Positions 1 through 15,056 of a stretch of 64,000 nt of DNA are shown one piece after another (positions within the stretch are counted from its first letter, which is position 1; the number at the start of each line of letters is the position of its first letter). The stretch covers positions 6,551,531-6,615,530 of the forward strand of contig CM082592.2 in NCBI GenBank assembly GCA_040954595.2, written 5' to 3'. The notes beneath the pieces were generated by a model. The model was not told the origin of the DNA. It saw only the letters and a list, made by a program, of their open reading frames with translations, and did no database searches. This DNA is from Balanoglossus misakiensis (Eukaryota > Animalia > Hemichordata). The position numbers and the translations under genes were made by a program.

Positions 1-3000
1 CTGGAAGTATTTATAGCATCGATAAATAGTTTTCTCGTGAAATGAAACTAACACATCAAGCGAAAAGACAGTAACAGTGTTCCTTTTAAACTTTCGAACG
101 TCGTGTTAACAAAGGGGGTGTATTGAGAGGCAACGCGTCGTTCGAATAAGTGACTGATGCCAGAGTGGGCAAGGTTCAGCGTGGCCACTTGATATCGCAG
201 AACAGTTAGAAACGGAAATGCGATAAATCGTGTTTAGTGAGTGCACATTACGATGGTCACGTAGACTCACTCCGACAATATCTTCTACGCCGGCTACTGG
301 ACACAGAAGATTGCGTTTCGATTAACGAAGTTGGATTACCGGTGACAGTTGATCGCTGACAGGACTGTGAGGGGGCTCAATGCGTAGAATTTTAACACAC
401 TGCTGTCTCTGCACCGTTCAAATTGGCAATTACGTTTCCTAAATATTTTGGAATAATTTCGAGGAAGGTGCACGGGTGAGGCAAATCTGATGTAATGCGA
501 TAATGAAGACCAGAAGTTCAGCTGAACTTGTCACAAGTTGATGAAGGATTGGAGATTTTCGCTCGCTCTCTCTCTCTCTCTCTCACTCTGAATAACAGTC
601 TCCTGCAGAAATGTAGGATTAGATCTACATGTATCTATACCGGACATTCGAGGTAGAAAGCGACACAGACCGACATGGACAAATTACACGCTTCCATTGC
701 TCGCTGCAATAACAGAATTGATGGCATGTTTCACGAGAGATTTGTGAAGGTTAATAGCAATCGCGGCCGGGGCACAGGCAGACACCGTGAAGGGGATTAT
801 TGTGTTTATGGCACTCAGTCTGGCCATCATAGGAAGGTTAATAAAATCCCGCATTGGGACCTAACAAGGTTTACATCATTTATTTCACCCACTGCAAGCG
901 ATTAGCCTAGGTTAAGACCGCGGATATAAGATATCCAGCCAGACTGATTTACAGATTTTTCGCTTGCCCTATAGTGAACACATTTATTCAAAAATCACTT
1001 TATAGGATCGGGATAGGTGATTTTATTGTTTGCTTCATTCGGTAAAGTGAAACCCCGGTAAGAGTTATCGCCACCGGGTTCACAAGTTCACGGTGACCTC
1101 TATCACAGTATGTACATAATTTTACGCTGTATACTAGTATGTATTCTAAGAGCTCTCTCCTTTGAAGCTCGTTCGGGGGTGTCTTCCCAGGTTTCTGTGG
1201 TTTGCCAAGACTCGACTCCCTCAGAATAGATTAACACCTTCAAGTTCTATGAATATTCATGAGATGCACAATACAACAAAAACCCAGATGGATGTGAGAC
1301 GTTCACACCTTTTGCCTAATTTACATATCCAGTTAGACTATGAATACATATGTAGTTCAATGACCTAGTTTCCAAGTTGACTATCGCGCAGATGCACAGC
1401 TGATCCAGAAACTCCATCGGATTTTTGTTTTTGCCTCATATCTGAACACTGAACCCGTTTTGAAAGGCATAAACTTTGAATAGAATTATCATATTCTTTT
1501 TTCCCGGCTTATCGATTCTCACCGCGTGCGCTCTTTATTTTCCGTCTGTCGCGCGCATCGATTTCACTGTTGGGCAATCCGCGTCGATGTATTTTCCGCC
1601 GGTGATGGATCGTATCGATCGTCAATAGCTGGATGCGAGTTGGCGGAATTATCGGGAAAAAAAGACCCAACATGTGCTGGTGATCATGTCTCGATTGTAA
1701 TGACACAACTTTACCATGGACTGTAAAGGATCTAACCGTCATGTTGTATATTCAGCGGGCCCTGTACAGCGCACGCGCACTAACAACGACTCTCAGCATT
1801 CACTCTCGGCACCAGTTTAGCTTTTTAGAACAAGATGCTAAGTTACAGTGCCTCTTCAGCAGCGATCAATATCCGACGACATACTTTCGCTGTCCGCGCC
1901 GGTTTTTTTGTACGCAACAGATGTGAGCAAACGACCCTACTTATACGGCAGAACAATCAATTAAGAGATTGGAGCGGTTTTCTCTTTAGTGCATATAGTC
2001 GCTTGCAGTCGTCGCACATTTTTTCCCGCGCCAAATCGCCTATTATCGGCAACCATTTACACCAATGCAGTATTTAGAACCTTGGCGGGAAATACTTTCT
2101 GAGATTCTTTAAGCTTCAACGGTAAACCTAACATTTCATTCACACTGATAGAAATCCTCAATGACTAATATAAATGTTACTAACAGCAAGCAAATGTAAT
2201 TACCAGAAATAATAAAACTGTTTGCGCGCACTTCGAAACGATCAGTGTCACTGAGATCGTCTCACACATAAAATTTATCTGAGGAGAAACTATCATCGTT
2301 TCTCTTATCCCTATAAAAATATTTCCATCGAGAAATTGAACCAATAAATGATATCATTCCTTCTATTTTTTCCAGCATTCACATAAATCTGCGTAGATGG
2401 CCGTCTTTTTGCGATGTCAGTTTGCTTCTCGATCGCAACTGGTCAGCAATGGTATAATTACAAGATCATTCGTTACACGCGTTGCATAGGTAGGTCATTG
2501 ATTATTCATGTACATGTGTATCTGACTTCGGGATCATTCTTGCACTTGAAAATATCCCGCGCTTAGCGTTGTAGCTGTAAATGGTGCATGTTCTAAGGAA
2601 GGTGGTAATCGAAATGCAAATTTGAAAGCTTCAGCGAGGCTGTTTAGCGCCTCGGCTGATCGATACAGTCTGCTCAATGAAGCGTTCACACTTTTTAATG
2701 TCGTCCATATTCTCCTACGCCAAACGACTAAATGTTGGCATATTTTCCCGCCGTTTTTTTACGATGCCGCGGGACACGGCGCGATTGGCACCTTATTGAC
2801 ACTGTGCCGCGGAGCCGTGAAGTTTATTTGACGCGCGAAAGGCAATTTTGATTGGGTGTGTTGCCAGCTTGATTTGGCGTGGGTTGGTAACTCTCGCTGA
2901 CGGGTGCAATCACTCGCGTTTCATGTCGACCACTAACTTTATTACCTTTACTTAAAGGCCAGGTAATAAAAAGTCCAAGTGAGCGTCAAAATAAACCTGA

Positions 3001-6000
3001 ATGAAAAATACGGCTCGAACTTTCGATGGGGGGAAGTTTGTCTGTGGTCAAACGGTCAAATATTCGAGGGAAACGGGGACACGTGACGTTGCTTGCATCC
3101 CAAATCTCGCGCGAACACAAAGAAGCGCTCACCTGTGCTCTAACCTTCACTTAACCCCTTTATCTTACAACCGACGCCTCGGCATTTCACAAATTACCCT
3201 CTCTGGGGTTTAAAACTAGACCACGTGATTTGTCAAGGCGAAGAATAACCCCGACACACACAATATAAAGACGGCAACCCGTGAATGTTCCAAAAATGTC
3301 AGTTTTACGACAGAGATGAAGCGAACAGGTCGAGCACGTTTTCAATCTTCATATCTTCACATTTCCCTTGTTGGCGAACGTTAATTGAAACACGGGCCCT
3401 TTGCTCTAGGGTCTGTCTATGATAGAGGGCAACGAGAGAAAAAATATATAATTTATGCAATTTTTGAATGCTTTACAACATACGCGTTCAGTCCTTCCGC
3501 GCGCGCGTGGGCAGTTTACTCGCGCACTGGGACCGCGGTTTCCCGGGGTTTCACACCCGCCAGTTGAGTTGTCTATCCAAACAGTTTGAAAGTGCGCTCC
3601 GTAAGTCTAAAAATCACTCCGAACATTCAGAAAAAAAGAAAGGGCACTCTTACAAATTGCTGTTTCAAACATGGCGATCTAATATTCAAAAGTGGGGGGG
3701 GGGGGGGGTCCGGTCGGTGTGGTCTAATTGCGATATTCTGGGAGTGCTAGTTTTTTTAAGTAGGTCGGTTAAATTAAGAAAGTAATAAACTGTTGCAATT
3801 TGCCATCACCATTCCAGGGATATATTGTCGAATCGTAAAACACGCGTTCCAAATGCGACAATATCTGAGTAGCGGGGTTGCTTAAAAGACGTTTCATCAA
3901 TGGGATTAATTCAGGTGTGTGCATCGGAGTTATTGCACCTGAGCCTGGGGCGTATTTACCCACAGACAAGGAGATTTGTGTGTGATTTACCGTCGCATGT
4001 CAGCAGTATACAGAAAGTCAATACCCACTCTTGTGTTTGGCTGACATTGACTTCAGGCGTTTGTTGAATAGCCGCGTTTCCTGATTGTGGTTGTTGAGGT
4101 GGTCGGGGCATGATGGGGGTGTGACGTGACAACAGTGTGAAGTGATTGTGCTGTGACATGATATGGTTTGGTGTGTTAGGCATGCTGTGGCGCGTCACAG
4201 TATTTGAACACTCCCGTCTCAGGGTTCAGATACTTAAAAACCGACCATCATGACCGTGTTAGCTTTTGTGGCGGCTTTGTTTGGTTACCGATTGTGCAAA
4301 ATTCTCTGCCTGTTCGAAATCTAGATTAGTCTAGATTCATGTCTTTCGACTTTTGGGCTATATGCGAATCCAAATCTTTCCAGTTTGTCGCATGATTTAG
4401 GTTCAAACAGAAATCAAGACGTGCAACCCTGATTTATCATAACCCCGCCCGCTTGCATGCACGATCGCCTATAATGTCTTTACCGAACTGTTATCCGTAT
4501 TACCCCCTCTTTCCGCTGACGCATGAGCGACCCTCGATGTCAACAAGTTCAACGTTTAGAGGCATCGTCAATTTGCCATTCACCCCCGGGAGACATGGAC
4601 CGTGTTCGGCTTCGGTGTTTTGCTGCTGGTGTAACCTAATTATACCGCGGTTCTGATCTAATTTGAGTCGCGGTCTCAATGTTTCAACAATTAGCACGCA
4701 TGTTCTGTACCAGAGAATGCTTTCTCGCGTGAAACGTGGTTGTTTCCATGACCGCCTTGCTCCGCTAGGTCGTTGATCATTGTAGCATTGCTCTGATCCG
4801 GCTCAGTTTATAATTTAAGGCTTTGCATCGTTCTTAGGAGACGGGTAGGGCAAAGCACGACCACACACACGTATAACCACAACGTGAACCGAAACAATAG
4901 TCATCACATGATTATCCACGGTATCTTTTAACACAATTATCACTTTCCTACTCGCGCGGGATTATATAACGTGATTCTTTTGACAGCGGAAGGAACAGTT
5001 TACCTCCTGGATAATCGATAACTGTGTGATTGAAATCGCCAACCAAAATTCAACAAAAGTCATCATGAGGATGCAAAGAGTGTTACAATCGGTACATGTC
5101 CCACCACTCTCACTGGGATAAATTTCGCCCGCAAGCATGCAAAGCTATCAGGAGCGAATAAACAGACCGCAGAATTAAGAAATGAAAATTGCGCGGGCAC
5201 GCCATTATTAACGCTTTTAAAGTTCAAGTAGAAAATGGGGAAAGGGCAATGCAAACAAAGTCGTTTCCAGGGAAGACGTTCTTTTGAAATAACCGAAGTC
5301 TCCCTCTGCGGCAATTTGCAAGGTAAAGGGCAATATTGGTATCACGTATTGTTGAATTTCAATTTAGGAGAGCTAAGAAAGTATTGGGTCATCCTTTCAA
5401 TTTATCGTAGTAAAGTAGGACTATCCAGCACGATTTTCGTTTCTCTTTGACAACAAATAACAAAGGAAGGTAGCGCGCACAGCATGATGACTGTAATGTT
5501 TAGGGGTGATTGCTTTGTGGGCGGCCTAATTTACATATTTGAGCGTTTCCAGGTTGTAACAACTTTTTACACTCATATTTCCCCATTTAGGGTAAGATGT
5601 TCTGTTTCGTGAAGAGATATACGGCCCTTTCTTAGGGTTTCGCTGAAAACACCCGCTCAGTCACGTGTCGCGAACGTGACTGATCAGTTCGTTGAACCCT
5701 TTCAAGAAATTGCAGATTTAGTACCCACGTTTGGTAATGAGTTGCCTGAAGCAATATTCATAAAGCCCTCCGCGTCCTGATGGTGCTTGACAATTACAAG
5801 AACCTTCAATTTGTCTGATAGAACGCAGAAAATAAAAAACGGAAACGGCGCTCGAAACATCCGCCCGTCCGCGGAAGCAGTATTCGCCCGACGCGTTTTG
5901 CGCCTTTTTTTACGCGAATGCATAAATGCCGTATACGCATCTAGGGCAAATTAATGTGACTGTATTCTGGAGTTTTATGCTGTAGATTCGCGTTCTTTTT

Positions 6001-8150
6001 CCAGACGGTCGGGATTTGATCCCGACTTCTGCTCAGCAAAGAGAGAAACCCTGGAAAACAACATCGATTTCGCAAATAGCCAATAACATCGGAATCCGGC
6101 GATAATAAGAAAAAAGATTCTTCACTATTTCATTTCAGCGGCAATTTCATTGGTATTCATTTGTGCTACGTTCCAAGGCGTGATTGAACATTAAACGGTA
6201 ACATGTGTTCAGCTGGTCGCAGCAATGCATGGCAAAAAAAGATTACATGCTTGAGCCGACCGCTGATTCCGAATTCCCCCCCCCCCCCAATCACCGGACC
6301 GAATATCTCAGGACCTGTCAATCACTACCTCCCTGCTCCGCATTCCAAGAACAAAACAACTGTCGGACAAATTATGACGTTAGGGATGACACTTATTGCG
6401 TTCTTTCTCGGTGAAAGGTAGCCCAGTTTGCGGTAAATAACATGGGAATTTAGGAGGAACGCGCATCGACCGGTTAATGAAAAAACCAACAGGCTCTGAG
6501 ACGTGTGGTATTTGAGGGACATTAGCCATCGACAGCAAAGAATGTAGAAATGAAGCATGTCTGTATACGTAAAAGTACATGACTCCAAAGCAAGGTTTAC
6601 ATATAAGTGTACCATTGACTTTACAAACTTAAGTGATTCGAATAACATTATTTCGTATATTTTACTTTCAATCTATAAGTTGTATGCTGTTTGAGATACC
6701 TTTTGAATCACCCCGGTTGTTACTGCTGACCACAAACCCTATAGCACACTACGCGTGGCTCGTCACAATTTCGGGTGCTGACAAAATTCTGCCGTGCACG
6801 TAGGAGTCACGTTTGCAAAATAGCATACAAGCACGACTTAAAGAAAGATTTCACGTTTATTAGAATGCAAAAGAGCGCATTTCTGGAGCAGGAATATGCA
6901 AAAACTAATCACGTTAAATTAGAAACATTGCCCCTTCCTGCAGAACCGAGTGTTTGCGAATAACGGCAAGAGTAATTACGAGGTCGGAGAAAACACGCAC
7001 ATGGATGGCAGAGAGTAAAAGCAAATGGTCGCCAACATATAACGGTGGCAGGATTGATTAAATTAGATTGGAGTACAAACTAGATTTGTGACAGGGGCAA
7101 TGAAAGCAGGCAGTCGTGTAGATAATCCCATGACATTTGCTCGCCACTCTTTGGGCAGACATAATTCATCCCTATGTAAAAAAAAACACACAAGGTGCGG
7201 CAACTCTCGTGGCCGTTACGGGTGTTTGCCATTACGGCTAACTGTTAAAAGTGCGCCACAGTCAACCAGGAATATTAACGATGAAATGGAAATGGAAATC
7301 GAGATTGACGAGTCGCGCTTATGACCCAGGTGGCCAGCCTGAGTATTTCCAGCGATATCGCCTGGCTTTGTTTTATTTCACAAGTGCGTGCGTTTGTTGT
7401 TTCTTTTTTTTCCTCCGGTAAATTTGAAGGTGAAATGCGGAGTATACTAAACTGCATAATGATGGCGTGATAGTTTTGCGCAACCTGAGTGACAGCTGGC
7501 TCATTCAGTTTCACTCCGACGGCTATGATGACCACCACAAATCACGGTGACGTAAAGCCGCTCTAAGGATAATGGCTAGCCAAACCGTTGACCTGCGCGA
7601 CTTCGACGCATAGATCATCGCTTTCTGTGATAATCCGTGTCGTGTCGCGGCCACCTTTCCCCGCGCACCTTGATATTCAACCTAAAGAAAACGAGCGGCC
7701 TATAAATTTACAGCGACGTCGGTAAAAGGTTATAGTTTCACACTCAAGCAATGCCCATGATTCTGCCAACCATAACTATACGACCATAGTAGACTGTTTC
7801 GCGATAACCACGTGTTCAGAATTTAAGTCGCGCGCTTTCCTTTGTTTCAACCGGCTGCATAATGAATAAATGATAAACTGGCAGAGAGATAGATAACTGC
7901 TAAGCTAGATTTATTGCAAGGGTTTTAGTAAGCTATAAAAGTTTGCATTCAAATTTAATCAAAGCACAGTAAGAATCGGTATCCTTATCGTCGAAACACT
8001 CGGAAGGTGAAATGTCGTGGTTGTTTACCGCATTGCGTTATGCCCTAAGCATTCGAGATAAAGTAAATATATTTGTAAGGGCCACTGGTCTCCCTTTGTC
8101 ACCTAGAATTTCCTCAGGTCTTTTTTAAGCTGCGTGTCTCAGTGGTTAAG

Positions 8151-8307
8151 GCAACTTGCGCAATCATTTTTAGTTATCCGCCATTTTGAATTTGTTAAAG
8201 CAACTTCGCAACCATTTTTAGTCATCCGCCATTTTGAAAGTCTTCCGCCATTTTGAATTTGATAAGCAACTTGCGCAACCATTTTAGTCATCCGCCATTT
8301 TGAATTT
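8151..8307. repeat. Short tandem array (~49-bp units) carrying four CCGCCATTTTG motifs
   Basis: GCAACTT(G)CGCAA(T/C)CATTTTTAGT(T/C)ATCCGCCATTTTGAA starts at 8151, 8200 and 8266, plus a partial copy. CCGCCATTTT lies at 8178, 8226, 8245 and 8292. Confidence 0.85.
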
Positions 8308-11300
8308 ACCACTCGGTCTATACGTTGATACATGGCAGTCGTTTTTGACAGAATTTTACAGAATCGTTCCAGAACGGCCACTACATATCGTTTTGTCAGC
8401 TGAATCGGCCAAAATCTTGAAGATCTAGGCTTATTCGATAACAAACTCGTAAATCATTCCGATTAAGTCACCTCGGAGTAGCGCGTAATATTATTTTATT
8501 ATAATTCTCGTTTTAATAAAGTTTATGGGTAACAGCTGAAAGGAGGGGAATTATAAAGATGCGTGCAGAGAAGCGATTGAGCATGCTTTGTTGCCAACGA
8601 GTATGGATAATAATATTGCAGCTATGTAACCTTTAAGACATCTGGCAAAGTAAGGAATCGCAATTATTGTCACAACTGGAGGTTTATACCAGGCGAATAT
8701 TTTGTGTAAACGAAGACAGAATTTTGATCTGTCTTGTATAGGGTATGTCCGCAATAGCCACGGATTCTTGTATGAGAGAAAAAGTTACATGTAAGAACGC
8801 ATGTATCTCAGGGGAAATACACACCATGCTATTCCACAATGCCGCGCTATTAAGATTCTGTAAACGCGTAAAGAACACGTCGCAGTGAGCATGTTATCTT
8901 TACACGCATTTACGTGAAGAATCGTCGACATTAGTGTCTGACCAGTGGCTGTGATCAATGCATGTTGCATGGGGCTGTAATCCCATCGATCAGAGACCTT
9001 TGAACTGTGAAGTTCAAAACGCTAATCTTCGGTTAAGCGCCACGCTTTCAGCTAAAAATCAGCCGTGACTTGCAAAAAAGGCAAAAGGCGTAAAACGACG
9101 TCGAGATACGAATCTTACGCTGTGAATTTTTGCCACAGGCAGAAGTGCAGATACCTTTCTGAGATAACCTGTGTTTTTTGTGTGCGATTAAGCACTGCTA
9201 AGATTTCTCGGTTAACGTGAATGCCGAGTGCCAGTGACAGTCATAATTGGATCATACGGTATGCGATATCGTAGTAATATCACCGTGTTATCCTTTTTTG
9301 TCGTCGGATTATCGACTATGCGAAGCGAGATCGAATATTAGGTTACAACGCCACTGATTCATCTGCGCTGCAGAATTATTAAAGTCCGTGTGTCTGACGT
9401 GGCGGCAAAAACCGCCGGTGCACCGAATACGATGCAGTGGAGCGCCGAAACCTACAGAGAATTGAGCGGGATTTTTGCAAAACATGCAGTTGTGTTCATC
9501 GTTTTTAAACGCGTGTTTCAGTTTTTGCGTAAAACAATATGACATGAGGAAATTGTAAGGGGTAATGACGATAAAACACTATGCAAATTCTGCCATGGTG
9601 TGGCAGATCAGTTGACATGCATGTCTTCGAGACAGGACCATTGGCATAAAGCGATGAGTGACAATGCACGGCTTTCAATGTTGTCGGGAAGATGAATTTA
9701 CGGGGTGATTATTCAATTAAAACCCCGTTGCGTATCTCACGCGACTGCCGACTGGAGTATGGACTTTCTCCCGTCTGACTCTGCGGAATGTCTCGCAGTT
9801 GCCTAGGTACCGGTTGGAGACCAGCGCGAAAACTCAGGGGCTGCGTTCGTACAGATGAAGAACGTAAAAAAAATAATCCGATCTCAGCTATGTACATGTG
9901 TTTCTCTTCTCTTCGGAAAAAAGCGCCCATCGGGAAGAGATATCAACGATGTTGTTTTCTCTGAAGTACCGGTGTGTGTTTTAAATGCGACCGATGGGAT
10001 CGGGTTAGAATGCGGGCATGCATATACATTGCGTTGAGCGGTTTTGCACTGAGCGCTGGAACGGCTGTCGAGCGTTAGCGCAGTTGGTGTAGCAATTGCA
10101 CCGGCGATGCACACGGTGTAACCCGCTAAGCCCGAACTCGCTGGCCGCTCACATGTTTCGCATGTGTACGTCTCGTTGCATTGCTTCAGTAAACATGTAT
10201 TTGAGATAGACACGGTTCTGTGTCGGTTTCTCGGCCACGCGGTGATATTGCAATGGACACTCGCGAAAGAGATTACAAAATCATCTTCATTGTTTTCCCT
10301 CGATCTCTCGGGTCACCCATAAACTGTCGATAGAAGATAAAGTACTTGTACATTACCTTGCAAACCGCGGCGCTGACTGCGGCGTGCTTTTACACCACGG
10401 ATAATCGACACATCTATCAAGGTAATGTTGTACGAGAATGACGACCGCAACGATTCCCACCTTTAAGTAGGTAGTCTTATTAGGGGCGTGGCTACTCATT
10501 GTGAGTGACGTTCATCCAGTGGTCGCCGCGTGGAAGACCATCTGTGCAAGCAGGAATGTCGATTTTTAGAGGTGTCGTTAATATCCATAGTTTTGGCTGA
10601 CTATTTTTGCCGTGTTTACTATATATATTCGCTGCACCATTTATGACAGAGATTCGGTAGTGATATAATACACACACTAAACATTTCCTATCTTTTTAAA
10701 ATTCAATAATTACGTAAAATTCGTGCAATCAGGCCAATGGGCTAATTTGCCGAACAGAACCATTGGATAATAGATTTAATAGAAAAATTAATGAAAATAT
10801 TTAGCTCAATTAGACAGCTCAACGCCCTTGCCTTGAAATTTAATTGACATTACGAGTTTCCCCGGATAAACGCATATGGATTTTCCCTTTTAATTTCATA
10901 AACTGTCGAGGCTAGCAATTTACGTTTCGCTAACAAGGGGAAGGTTTCCGTCGACTTTTCAATTAATGGGATGGAAAGATGTGCGGGGTGGACGGTGCAA
11001 ACACTGCATTTATGCAATTTAGCCGTGGCCGCCCGGAATCACCCTTATCCTCCGCACTTCATTACCGTCATTGTTGGACATTGCAATTAAACACGTATTG
11101 AGAACTTCCCCCTCCTTCGCTATGACGTCATAGCCTGAAAAAATAAAATTAACCAGTGGTGGCCGTCCTTGCTTATTAAACCTGGGCGCCGTTTATGCTT
11201 TCTCTGCGTCGAGGCTCATCGTGAAAGTCGTCGTGAATGATCTTCGGGGGGGGGGGGGTTAGAGATGGCGGGGGGGGGGGGGGGGGCTTTTTGAAAACCT

Positions 11301-14300
11301 TCTGGACACGAGTACGCGCACAGTCCCGGCGAAGAACTTCCACCCTGCACTCCCAGAACGCACGTGCAGCGCACCTCTTGCATTCAAAGGGTCACTGAAC
11401 GCAACAATGCAGTTGAGCAACTATACAATGAGATGGTTTAGTCTGTCGCTGTACGGCGTGGCGGACAGATGATCGGTGCAAATGACCGATAATCGTGATT
11501 GGCAGTAATATAGCCGCGAGTTCCGCAGGCCTCCATTGTGATTTCCAGACAACTCTCGTTTCAGCATGTTCAGCGCTACGTGTTAGTGCGATTACCGACA
11601 CGACAACAGGAAATATGTACGCGTCATATTTGCAGGGTTTTTGTCGGTAATGACGAAAATAAGTATGGCGACAGGGTGAGTGGCTGGCTTAATGCGCGAA
11701 AAAGAACATGCGACACGGAATTGGCTGTATGCTATCATTCGTATTATCTGTACGAACAGCTGTGGCGCAGCTTACCAGCTTGTCCACCAAACGGCAGTTT
11801 TTCCTTTGGGAATTTTTCTTGTTTTTTTTACGAATTTTCTCCGCTTTCTCTCCTACTGAGCAGCAGAGAGACCACCTTTCGTTCGTTCAGCTCCAATGAA
11901 ACCAGAATTGAAAAAAAAAATTGTACGCGACATTTTTGGGAATATGCAATCAATAACAACAAACTACAAAAGTCACTTCCGCTTCCGGTCGCCACAGTGC
12001 AGCCAAATCGACATATCGATTTCACTTGCTTCAGTATTATGAACCGCGCCTTTATTATCGATCGCCAGGGTTGAAGCATTTGAACGAGTACTAGTCCCAG
12101 ATTAAAATCTGAGCTGGCGCTTTCAACATCGAGCTTAACGTCATTTTCTTTTACTTAAAATTTGCATCCGATTTCCACTGGCAGATGAAGGGTTTAATAT
12201 AGGTTTTCCGCGCGTCTTTCCTGCCGAATCTCGTGCAATACCAAAAAATTGCCCGCTTATTTTCTTGTTTTTGCCCGGGGGTTTAATCCCTTTCCACATT
12301 TTGGGGGCTAAGAAGATATTACGATTGCTATAACGAACAATTTTACTACCTGCGCATCGTGGAATGTTTGTTATGACTTCAACGTGTCGTTAACGTATTG
12401 CCGCACGCACATATGTCATGCGCTCCAAAAGCCATCGAGGTATTTATCGTAAAAACTTGTTTGCTTTACAATGAATTTATGGACCGATGGCTCTTCACGA
12501 CTAATCGCGAAACATATTTCAGCAAGATTTACGTATGATATATCAGAAGTGACGTTACGCGGGGAATGTTGCATAAAGAACGACCTTGCGTTCTGCTTTT
12601 ATGAGAATATAGTAACCATCAGGTATATATTATGTGTGTACAGAATGTTTGCCGCTCACCCAGAAAAAAACATCTTCGATTAAACAATTCGCGAGACAGA
12701 GACAAACAGACAGAGCTCTACATAATTTGACTTAAACCACTATTTATTGGATATCTTCAGGTTTGTTTTGTTAGAGAGATCTGTATGTTTTTACGGTTTA
12801 AAAACATGTTATGACACTATGCCCTGACATCTCTCAGAAACCTCCAAGGCACATTAGCTCTATGTATTCGGAGCTGCCCACTTTAGCTTGAGTTAATGTA
12901 TTTTGTCTCTTCACGTCTCTTCACAATGCTCATCTAGTACCCAGAAACGTGGAAGTCACATCCTTGTAGAATGAATCCGTAAGCTTTTATTATCGGGTAT
13001 TATCGTTTTGTCAAAGTTCGCCGCCATTTTCTAAAAGACATTGGTTGGCACTGCTGACTGAGGTTCCAAACACACACCAATGCAGGTGCAAACGTCTTAC
13101 AATTCAAATGTTTTCTATGGATTTTCGGCCTCTGGTGTTTTGAAGGAAAACATTTGAAAACCTGTCAAATTTCTCGAATTTGCAACAAAATTACGTGCGG
13201 ACAGGTGGTGCATAGCGAACAGAGTGTGGGCAGCGACTGTAACGTCCCCCTGGTAAACTCAATACGAGATAACCTTTACACGATGACTATAGAAAAGCCT
13301 AGATAATGCTAAAAGATGCAACTGGTGTACCTATCGTAATTCCTTGTGTGAATAAAGTGCACACGGGGGGAATCAGCCTTCAAACAATGGTTTAAAACCT
13401 TTCCTGGGTGACTTGTGTAGATGTGTAATGAACGATGAATAATTTAACACTTTTGAATCTTGCATCATAATTCACCGCGGAAGGCGGGAAAAATTGTCGT
13501 GCGCACGCCGAAACGTATACGCACACTTATATTCGAACATTGTTTTAACAAGTGAAATATTTGTCGTGTTGCGGCTCATGACAACTACCTGCATTATAAA
13601 ACCATTTTAAAAAGCGACATATCCACTTCAAACCTATTTTATAATCCGTGACATATCCATTATAATGACGGATTGATTTTATTCAATTTCACTCGAAAAC
13701 CCTAAAAGGCCAAACCCTCTTAGGTGACTTAAACAACATAGCCAGCTGTCGCATCGCCCCAAAGTCTGTGCGTGTGCGTGACAACATTACAGTTTTAGAA
13801 AACAAAATATTTGCTTTATATTTAACCTCAAACAAAAACAGCTTGTCTGAATATATTATTCTTATATTATTTTTTTGGTCCGGAACGACAGGCATTTGTG
13901 TTGACCTGTGGAGTCGGTCACGTGACTATGCAGAAAACGGTCAATCTCGCTTGCACAACATATCCAGTATTCTTTGCGCGTTATATACAATTTTCACTAA
14001 CCTCTCACCTTCCAAGCCAATCAGGTTTTAGCCGCATCGAGTTCCAAACGCGGTAATACCACCTTCATTTGCTCATTTTATGAGAGGCTACTAAAAAGAA
14101 ATAACACGAAATCTCTATGTTTATTCTGCAGCCTGTCAAATTCCTCTGATTAGACTGCAAAGTGGTGCTTTTAATTCTGTGGGCGTTTCACACCAAGACG
14201 TTAAACATAGCGGGCAGATTGGCTTCCTTGGCTGCGGGCCCCTGCATGCGCTTAGCATTCGAGAGCTCGTCAAAGCCGTCAAACAGGACAAATGTCAACG

Positions 14301-15056
14301 CTTTTTGTTTTCCTCTGATCTCACGTTGTCTTTTCCATTCTGTCAGTTGTCATGGCGACCCTGGCTCTGGAAGTATACTTTCTGTGGGGTCCAGACGGAA
14401 AGGCTATCAGCGCATTGTCGAAAAACATTACACGTTGCAGAAAAGACACATTTTTCATTTCCGACCCCTTAGTGTTTTAGTTGTTACAAGCCTTGACACA
14501 TTCGTCTTTCGTTCTAAAATTGTGATTTCGTAGCAGGCCTTTTGTTCGCAATTTAACAACTTGTGGTGCTCTGTTGACGTGCATGCTTGATTGTCAGTTA
14601 ATGCTGCAATTTGGAAATGTTATTAAGCCTGTTAATGCAACAGAAATTCTCATTTTTCATTATTCTGAACAAAGTGCTCGCGGTCGATAAGAAGAAGAAG
14701 CAGCGAATTGAGATTTGTAAGAAAGGGTTACTTTGTGCGATAGCTCAACTTTCTCGAAAACAGATTAGCCCATCAAGTTCAAATTTGAGTGATTTTGGAA
14801 TATTCCTCGCGACAACAATTGAGACACGATCAATATCACCCCCCCCCCAAAAAAAATAAAAAATAAAATATGGAGGTGCCATCACCACCTGACAGTAACT
14901 CTTTACTAATGACATTTTCAAGCTACAGACGTCGGGAGCAAGCTTGAAATAGAACAACATTTAATAAATGAAATTTGACGTTGCCTGATATAGATCGAAG
15001 TCTCCACCGCTGATGTTTGTAAGAGATCGGAGAAAAGCGTTTCAGTAAATCAAATA

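Noticed and set aside
3769-4198. Two minus-strand ORFs (Pro/Gln-rich and LIPLMKRLLSNP)
   Set aside because: Could not be joined by convincing splice sites, and no homology was recognised.
5658-5682. Small palindrome CAGTCACGT-N7-ACGTGACTG
   Set aside because: A 9-bp stem; too short to interpret alone.
11538-12079. 178-aa ORF and overlapping ORFs
   Set aside because: No domain resemblance or supported splice structure; non-ATG start.
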